DNA from: Azolla caroliniana
Lineage: Eukaryota > Plantae > Polypodiophyta
Length of the DNA stretch: 64,000 nucleotides
Assembly (NCBI GenBank): GCA_043228905.1
Contig: JBHGNT010000016.1
Coordinates: 17,298,001 to 17,362,000 of the forward strand
Direction of reading: 5' to 3'
Shown here: piece after piece, positions 61,601 through 64,000 of the stretch
Layout of the letters: each line of letters opens with the position of its first letter
Position numbering within the stretch: position 1 is the stretch's first letter
Made by a program: the position numbers and the translations under genes
The notes under the pieces: model-generated
What the model saw: only the letters and a program-made list of their open reading frames with translations
What the model was told of the DNA's origin: nothing
Databases searched by the model: none

Positions 61601-64000
61601 CTAGTAGATATTGATCCAATTCCTATGATGGATGATGATACACAAGAGAGTGCCTCACAACAAGAGGAGCAACATGAGGATGTTGGTGAGCTATTGATTG
61701 TAGATGATGCTAGTAATGATGTTGTTTTGCCAGAGACAGGTCTTGAGCGGGGGGAGCAGCTTCCACTACAAGAGGCGGCAAATCAACCTTTAAGGAGATC
61801 TACTAGAGAACGACGATCATCCATGAGGTATCCTAGTTCTGAATATGTTCTACTCACTAATGAAGGTGAACCAGAAAGTTTTCATGATGTGCAAACTCTT
61901 AAAGACAAAGATAATTGGGTAGAGGCCATGCATGAAGAAATTAATTCTTTGAAAAAGAACGACACATTTGAGCTAGTTGAACTTCCTAAGGGTAGGAGAG
62001 CTTTGTAAAATAAATGGGTGTTTAAGTTAAAAAGGGGTGATGATAACTTTATAAAATATAAAGCTCATTTGGTAGTAAAAGGATATGATCAAAAGAAAGG
62101 AATTGATTTTGACGAAATTTTCTCACCAATTGTGAAATTCAGCTCAATACGAGTTGTGTTAGGTTTGGTAGCTAGTTTAAACCTTGAACTTGAACAACTT
62201 GATGTGAAAACTGCTTTTTTACATGGTGACCTAGACGAGGAAATATACATGGAACAACTGGAGGGTTTTAAAGAGAAAGGGAAAGAATATTTGGTATGTA
62301 GGTTGGAAAAGAGTCTCTATGGCCTAAAACAAGCACCGCGCCAATGGTATAAAAAGTTTGATTCTTTTATGGTGAATCAAGGTTATAAAAGAAAAAATGC
62401 GGACCATTGTGTGTACATTAAACAATTTGAGGATGGTAATTTTATTATACTTCTTTTGTATGTTGATGATATGCTAATTGTTGGGCAAGACCTAAATATG
62501 ATTAATTGGTTAAAAGTGGAGTTATCTAAGACTTTTGACATGAAAGATTTAGGGCCTTCTAAGCACATTTTAGGTATGCAAATAACTCGTGATAGAGAAT
62601 CAAAGAAATTGTGGCTTTCACAAGAAACCTACATAGAAAGAATCCTCGAAAGGTTCAACATGCAACATTCGAAACCAGTAAGTACTCCTGTTGCCACTCA
62701 CTTTAAATTGAGTAGGAAATGTTGTCCAATTACCGAGGAGGAAAGAGATGAGATGTCATCGATTCCCTATGCCTCAGCGGTTGGATCTTAAATGTATGCT
62801 ATGGTTAGCACACGACCAGATATTGCACACATAGTTGGTACAGTGAGTAGGTATCTCTCTAACCCTGGTAAATCTCATTGGAATGCTGTAAAATGGATTC
62901 TACGGTATTTGAGAGGTACATCTAAGTTGTGCATTTGTTTTGGAGGTTCTAAACCAATTCTTGAAGGCTTTACAGATGCAGACATGGCTGGAGATCTTGA
63001 TGGTAGGAAATCTACATCCAGTTTCTTATTTACTTTTGCAGGGGGAGCTATATCATGGCAATCCAAATTGCAAAAGTGTGTTGCCTTGTCCACTACGGAA
63101 GCTGAATACATTGCGGCAACTGAGGCTGGCAAAGAAATGCTTTGGATGAAAAGGTTTCTTTTAGAATTGGGTATGAGCCAATTAACTTATGTGGTTTTTT
63201 GTGACAGTCAAAGTGCAATGGACCTAAGCAAGAACTCAATGTATCACTCACGGACAAAACACATCGAAGTAAGGTATCATTGGTTACAATTGGTGATTGA
63301 GGAGCAAATGTTGCAACTAGATAAAGTTCATATTGATAACAATGTTGCTGACATGCTAACAAAGGTGGTTCCAAGGGAGAAGCTTGAGTTATGTGCCAAG
63401 CTTGCCGGAATGGAGATAAATTGAGACACAAGCAATTCTCTCCTTGTGTGACCAGAGGGGGAGGTTGTTAATGTATCCGGTCACTATTTTGTCTTTTCTT
63501 TTTTAATAATATTTATTATTATTATTAGATAGTAATATAAAACAAAAGGAAAGTTTTGTTTCTTTAGTAATTATTACCCTTACTTTATTTCTTTAAAAGG
63601 GTAAATGTAAGTTACGTGTTTTAGTGAGTAAAGAAAGAAAAGAAAATAATAATAATAATAATAATAAAGAGGAAAACAAAACAAAACGACCGTTCTTGTT
63701 TTGAGAGAGACAAAGAGAAGAGAGGGTGGAAAGGAGATATATATATATATGGGAAGAGGTGAGAACAAAGGATGAGTGTGAAGCATTGTGAAGCATAGAG
63801 AAGCATAGTCAAGCTTGGTGAAGCTTGGAGAAGCTTTGTGAAGCTTGGTGCTCAACTCATCTACTTCCAATATCTTTTCCATCTCCGCTACTCAACGTGA
63901 GATCTACATGGCTACTACTTCAACTTGTGGACGTTCTTATCCGGGTTTTCTTCTATCTCCTTTTCTCTTATATGCTTGAGAGATAATCTTATCCCTTTGG
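58621..64000 (+). mobile_element. AT-rich Ty1/copia (Tnt1/Tork-like), 3' LTR runs off the window
   Basis: 5' LTR 58621-59423; PBS TGGTATCAGAGC at 59426; gag-pol 59468-63424 with stops and deletions; PPT AGAGGGGGAGG; 3' LTR from 63466. Confidence 0.96.

Overview
Eukaryotic, almost certainly plant, heterochromatin-like window made almost entirely of nested retroelements. A non-seed plant such as a fern or lycophyte is suggested by the element mix, but this is inference. I read six Ty1/copia elements or large fragments plus an RNase H remnant, a self-priming chromoviral Ty3/gypsy, an Athila-like gypsy with a 9 x 216-bp tandem array and a long extra ORF, a 5'-truncated L1 LINE, several solo or partial LTRs, and one disrupted S-domain receptor-kinase pseudogene. 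The most unusual object is a large Penelope-like element (PLE) on the minus strand (1 to ~10289, split by a copia insertion). It carries a minimal type I hammerhead ribozyme at 9742-9796 and a ~700-codon upstream reading frame ahead of its reverse transcriptase. Other notable RNA-level signals are a Tf1-type self-priming PBS and a slippery-site/pseudoknot -1 frameshift signal in the chromovirus, an identical in-frame TGA in two related copia elements, and a charged post-RNase H extension between two PPT-like tracts in another copia family. Coordinates were counted by eye and no database searches were run.
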